From: Zygnema circumcarinatum SAG 698-1b
Taxonomy: Eukaryota; Plantae; Zygnematophyceae
Length of the DNA: 64,000 nt
Assembly (NCBI GenBank): GCA_037447605.1
Contig: CM074815.1
Span: 2,677,941-2,741,940, forward strand
Reading direction: 5' to 3'
Within the stretch, counting starts at the first letter, position 1. Every line of letters starts with the position of its first letter. The position numbers were made by a program, and so were the translations under genes. The notes beneath the pieces are model-generated. The model did not search any database. It was not told where the DNA came from and worked only from the letters and a program-made list of their open reading frames with translations. Shown one piece after another: positions 58,613 through 64,000 of this stretch.

Positions 58613-61600
58613 TAGCGAGGAAACGACGCCGCGCTCGTACGAGCGGTCCCTTTATAAAAATGTATTCGAAAATAGGGGGAGAGATGGGGCATTGGTCTCG
58701 CACATGGCGAGGCCATCAAATGTACATATGGACAACACGGGGAACCACGAGGAACTGGTCGCAAAGGACCTAAGGCCAAAGGAACAAAGCGAGGAGTGGA
58801 AAGCTACGCCTAGGCTCAAACCAACAACCAACTGTGGCTTCACGCCGAAGGAGCGGAGAAGCGAGGCGACGCTGAAGGGCGACAAAAATGCCCAATTTCA
58901 TTCAGAAAATTGGATAAATTACAATTTCAATATACAATATGCCAAGGCATTATTGTAAATAATACCAACTTTACAGTCGATGGTGTTGTGGCTCCTTTCT
59001 GGTTCTCCATGATGATTGTGTCCATGTACATTTGATGGCATTGCCATCGTGAGATCAATGTCACATCTCTCTGCTCCAGCTTTCGTAGTGTTGGTGGTCC
59101 TATAAAAATTGCTCGCGAAAAAAACCAAAAGTATCCCCAAAATTACCATTTCTCGGGCCCAACATGGCATGCATGCACGCATGCATGCACGCTGGACCAG
59201 GAAACGACAAAAAAGGGTTCCCCTTTCCAACATTTGGACGTCGCCAGCGGCCACGCCGAGGCACGCAGCTAACTGCCTCGATCCGCCACGTCATTTGCCA
59301 CGTGGACAATGCGAGCCTTCTCATTGGCCGGCTTACAACTTGCAGATTCACTTCCAGAAACCGGAGCCCACTTGGCCGTGGACGGGCAGCGAAATGTTTT
59401 AGCTTTGGGCAATTTTTTTCCACCGACAATTGGCGGACTTGTCCCCTGGGTCGACGACAGGTGGCCGCGTCAGTAATGCGACCAGATTAGATGTTCGGAT
59501 TTATTGTCGTTCCGCGTGCCCACTACGGACAAGGTGCAGAATCGACAAAAGAAAATTTTGTTGTTATCTTACCCAGCAAATCCGAGGCCGGACTTTCACA
59601 GTATCCCCTGCGTACCAGGTTCCGTAAGCCAAATATCCTTTGTACGTTTGTGCGTACGAAATTTTGGCAACGGTTTAATGAGACGGTTCTAAAACGTACG
59701 GCTTGTGAGAAACTTGTGTCGGTGGCCGCCCAGATCCGCCCGCCAAACGGAACAAAAGACAAAAATTAGTGTTTTCTTGTTTCTCTATCCCAAATTTCAT
59801 ACACAAAATCTTCCCACGATTGCGACGCGGGGGAAGGCGTGCCTCGCTGACGCTACGTCACGAATGCTGCCAAAGTTGACGTAAGCTACAGTGACGGCAG
59901 GTCTGTCGCGATATGGGCCACCGACATTTCGTTGAGAGGTCCAGGAACCGACCGGACGGTTCAGCGAATATTAGGTCATTTTCGTACGAATACGCGCCCT
60001 CTGATTGGTCGGACATGCGGGTGACGGTACAAACTGGCGCTCTGATTGGTCGAGAGCGCGTGGGATTTTTTTATTTTATGTGATCGTACGGACAAGGAAA
60101 CTGGTTGGATGCGGCAGAATTTTTTTGTTGCTGCAGAGGACAACTCTGTTTTCATTTTTTTTCTTTCGGGCTGGGGAAGTTCGGGGTCAGAGAAAACAAA
60201 AAAATTCTATAAATTTGCAATTTGCGAATTAGGGTGCGGTTTCATGGTTCAACTTGGTTCCCTTAGTTGGATGAAAAAGTTGGAAACTACGGCCCCGAAA
60301 TGAAGTTTTTTCATTCAACGTCGTGCAACTTGTTGCATATCAACCGTTCACTTGAGGTCCGTTGGAATGCCGAAGCCGGACCTCCAGCCCGCCCCGATCC
60401 TACCTTCCCTTTTTGTCGTTTTCGTGTTTCGCGGGCCTCCATTCCAAGCCGCCGACCCTAAGCCAAAAATAAGCACGCAATTGTAAATAAAAACCTCAAA
60501 AGTTTTTGTACCCTACCGAAGCCCCCAAAACAAACTGACCCAAAAAACTTTTGAAATTTGTCTATAATTTTTTTCTTGCCCAGGTAAAGACAAAGATACG
60601 GTCCGTCCGATTTCGAAAGATCCGCGTACGGCCACATCTCCTCTTTTGGCGTTTTGCGTCAGCCGTCATCATTGCCGGCAGCCGCGCGGCGCGCGGGCGG
60701 GCGGCAGATTGACGGTCCCTCTGTCGGCTGACCGTACGGTTCTGTCAGCCGCTCGCCCGCCGCGCGTGGCCGGGTGGCCACCTGGCACGGCCCGCTCGCC
60801 GCACGGCCAGTTTTCTCCGCCCCTTAGCCCTAGGCCCCGCGGCTCGGACGGACCCCCTCTCCCTCTCGATCCCCACCCCTCTCCCCCCTCTCTCTGTCCC
60901 TCTCCCTCTGCCCCTCTCTCTCCCTTTCCCCTCTCTCTCCCTTTCTCTCTGCCGCTCTTTCGCCCCCCTTCTTTCTCCCCCCCTCTCTCTCCGTCTCTCT
61001 CTGCCCCTCTCTCACCCCCCCTCTCTCTTCCCACCAATCTCTCCCTCTCTCTCTCCCCCTCTCTCCCTCTCACTTTCCCTCTCTCTCCCACGCTCCCTCT
61101 CTCTTCCTCTGTGATCTATATCCTTCGCTCTTTGGGATCTCATTCCCCACTCTCACAATCCTCTCGGTCTTCTCCCTCTCCCCTCTCCACTCCTAACCTT
61201 GTCTTCTCCTGCTATCCCTCGCCCTCTCTCCCCCACTTCGCCTCTCCTGAGGTCTCGCTCTCCCACTCTCCTCCCTGGCCCTTCCCCTTCTCCCCTCCAC
61301 TCCCTCCCTCTCCCTCCTCCCGCCGTCCCCCTTCACCATTTGCTCGTGGTCACCTCCTCTCTTTGCCGCTCGCTCCTTCCCATACATTCACCCACTCTCT
61401 GCCTTCCCCCGAACCCTGCCCCTCTTCGACTCCCCCTCCCTTTCCCGCGCCCTCTCCCTCTCCCTCTTCTCTCTCTCTCTCTCTCTCCCCCTCTCACCCT
61501 CGAGTTCGCCTTCTCCCTCTCCTCCTCCCTCTCCTTCTCCTTGTTCCTATCCCTCTCCCTCCCCCTTCCCCCCCTCTCTGCTCCGCCTTCGCCGTCTCCC

Positions 61601-61880
61601 TCTCCTTCTCCCACTCCCTGTTCCTGTCCCTTTCCATCGTCCTCCCCTTCCCCCTCTCCCTCCCCCCCTCCCTTTCTCCCTCCCTCGCCCTCTCTTTCTC
61701 CGCTTCTCCTTGATCTGCTCACCTTTTCCTCTCCTGCACTCCTCCCTCTCTCTCTCCCTCCTCCACCTCCCGGCCTCCCTCCCTCTGCCCCTCCCCCTCC
61801 CGGCCCCTCTCCCTTCCTCCCTCACTCCCTGAACCCCACTCTGACCCTCCATCATTTGGAACCCTGTGCTGACGTGGCAG

Positions 61881-61955
61881 CCCCTCATTGGCTCCTTCTC
61901 CATCGACGGCTCCATGTGCGAAATCATTCAAATCCAGTTCAAGAACTTGTCTGCG
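61881..61955 (+). other. Putative 5'-leader exon of the ARF gene containing the start of a spliced uORF
   Basis: Acceptor gctgacgtggcag| and donor |gtgagt; ATG at 61914. Confidence 0.4.
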
Positions 61956-62764
61956 GTGAGTCCTCGTCATCGCAGAAACCCACATTCACACTCTTATGGC
62001 GAATGGCATGCTGCCACGTCAGCACAGATTGCGCCAAAATGTCCCTTACCTTCTTTTGTCATAGAGGCGACGACACTTCCAAAGCGATTTGTTTCTTGAT
62101 TTCAACGGATTTCTGTTTCCATGTGGGGCTGTGAATGAAAGGAATGGCGACACATCTCCTCCATTCACAACAGTGTGCTCCTTCTTGTTTTAGGGCGTCG
62201 TTTCAATATGTAGAGCTTCTAAGTTCAAGGGTTGACTTGAACAACTTAATTGACTTTGTCGACAGTTTCTAGTACTAGCCCACATGGAAACATGAGGCTT
62301 CCCTCCCTCCCTCCCTCCCTCCCTCCCTCCCTCCCTCCCTCTCTCCCTCCCTCCCTTGCCCTCTTTCGCTATTCATACATAACTCTCTCTTCTTGTTCTC
62401 GTTGTCGTTCCTCCCTCTACATCCACTTCTCTCCTCTCCGTCTCTCTCCCCACCTCTCCTCCCGCCCTCCTCCCTCTCCCCTTCCTCCCTCCCTCGTCCA
62501 CCCCTCACCCTCTTCCCCTCCACTTTCTCCTTTCCCTTCCCCCTTTCCTTTCAATCATCACCTTCCCCTCTACCTCCCCCTTCTCCTCTCCCCCTCTTAC
62601 TCTCCCTCCCTCCCTCCCACCCTCCCTCCCTCCCTTGTTCCCTGCGCCCCCTCTCCCCCTTCCCTTCCTTCCTCCCCCTCATCTCTAACGTCCCCAGCCT
62701 CTCCACACCTGACACGTGGCACTCCCTTACAGGCCTCCATTCCCCTTATCTGAGTCTCCCGTGG

Positions 62765-63902
62765 ATGCTTGACCCTGGTGACCCGGGGGACCTTGGAGAG
62801 ACCCCCAATGACCCGCAGGTCACCCACAACTTCACTTCTATCTCCCACTCTTCACTACCATCACGCGTCTCTCTCCCTCCCGTTCCCTCTCCCTCTCCCT
62901 CTCGCTCTCTCTCTCCCTCTCTCTCTCCATCCATGGCTGCCGCAGCGGGAGACATCAGTTCCTTCCCCTGGTCATGGAATAGCCCCCACTCAGTTGGTGG
63001 ATCCCAACTATGGATGGAGACAAACAGAAACTTGCAAGCAGGAGGAAGCAATGTGGGTGGATCCCGGGAGTCTACGGAAGTGGATCTCAGCCTCGGGTTC
63101 AACCTCCAGGGCGGGTGGCGGCCAAAGGAGGCGGCGCCAAGTGGAGAACAGGTACAGGCCGATCAACTCCGCGGAAACCCTACGGTGGATCCTCGCGGTT
63201 TGAGGGATCCACCCGGAGAGCCTCATCAGATTAGAGGGGGAAAAAGCCGTGGGGGTTCCACTCTCTCTCGGGGAGCTTCTTCCACTTCAGGATCAAGAGC
63301 TGCTTCCAATACTTCAAGAAGATATGGAGGGAGACGGCCAGTTTGTCCTGTTCTAGGGCGGCCGGATCAACTGGACCCTAAACTATGGCAGGCATGTGCA
63401 GGGGGTTTAGTTAAGCTGCCAGGTGTCGGCTCACGAGTGGTCTATTGGCCCCAAGGACATGTAGAAGCTTGTTTGGGGGCCATTAAGCTGAAGAGAGAGG
63501 GAGGGATGAGAGCCGCCATAGTTTGTACTGTTGTGGGAGTGGAGTACTTAGCCGATCAGGAGACCGATGATGTGTATGCGAAACTTTCTTTGCAACCGGA
63601 CGAAGATCAAGAGAAGGCTTTACAGCTCCATAGCAGCATTGAAGATGCTTCTGGAAGCTTCCAGGAAGGAAGCGGAGATGCCCAACAGATGCTTCAGTTC
63701 GCTAAGACGCTCACTCAGAGCGATGCGAACAACGGAGGGGGGTTCTCTGTTCCACGTTACTGCGCTGAAACTATATTCCCTGCGTTGGACTATTCCGTAG
63801 AACCGCCGTTGCAGACGCTGATTGCATGGGACGTGCATGGCGAGCCGTGGAAGTTTCGGCACATATATAGGGGGACGCCCCGCCGGCATTTGCTCACTAC
63901 AG
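62765..63902 (+). CDS. ARF: Class-C auxin response factor (ARF10/16/17-like), first coding exon (partial; start 62765 or 62933)
   Basis: LDPKLWQACAGGLVKLP.VGSRVVYWPQGHVE, YLADQETDDVYAKLSLQP, and B3 domain FAKTLTQSDANNGGGFSVPRYCAETIFPALDYSVEPPLQ...DVHGEPWKFRHIYRGTPRRHLLTTG ending at |gtggga. The NNGGGFSVPRYCAETIFP motif is class-C diagnostic. Confidence 0.95.
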
Positions 63903-63963
63903 GTGGGAGACGTTAAGGGCTCTCTCTCTGTCTATCTCTCTGTCTCTCTCTCTCTCTCTCCCC

Positions 63964-63998
<35 letters not shown>

Positions 63999-64000
63999 GC

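Overview
Intron-rich eukaryotic DNA from a green-lineage (streptophyte) genome, most likely a charophyte alga. This is inferred from a class-C ARF, a type-2/TPC1b-like two-pore channel, plant-type TTTAGGG repeats and type-B esterase/DUF3445 genes. Most long ORFs in the supplied track are artefacts of (CT)n/(GA)n tracts; the real genes had to be spliced by hand from GT-AG sites and reading-frame continuity. Gene order: internal exon of a listerin/LTN1-like E3 ligase (-), 100-N gap, last two exons of an FtsH4/11-like protease (+), DUF3445/HDOD-like gene with a plastid-type transit peptide (-), EXORDIUM/Phi-1 gene with an unusual C-terminal extension (-), secreted LRR + EGF-like gene 1 (-), a transposon nest (MULE-like, Tc1/pogo-like and Harbinger-like MITEs, LTR+PBS, a TRIM, Ty3/gypsy integrase relic), secreted type-B carboxylesterase (-), a broken second esterase copy split by a solo LTR with nested insertions, secreted LRR + EGF-like gene 2 (-), TPC channel (+) and the 5' half of a class-C ARF (+). 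Best novelty candidates: (i) a 445-bp TRIM whose two LTRs carry a tRNA-like Pol III promoter module, analogous to the 5S-carrying Cassandra; (ii) paralogous LRR-EGF proteins differing by whole single-LRR exons inside a co-oriented cluster of secreted proteins; (iii) an EXORDIUM plus crystallin-like fusion; (iv) a TPC with an animal-type VNN filter; (v) telomere-repeat and G-box-rich intron architecture. All family assignments come from motif recognition, not database searches; exon boundaries are manual predictions.
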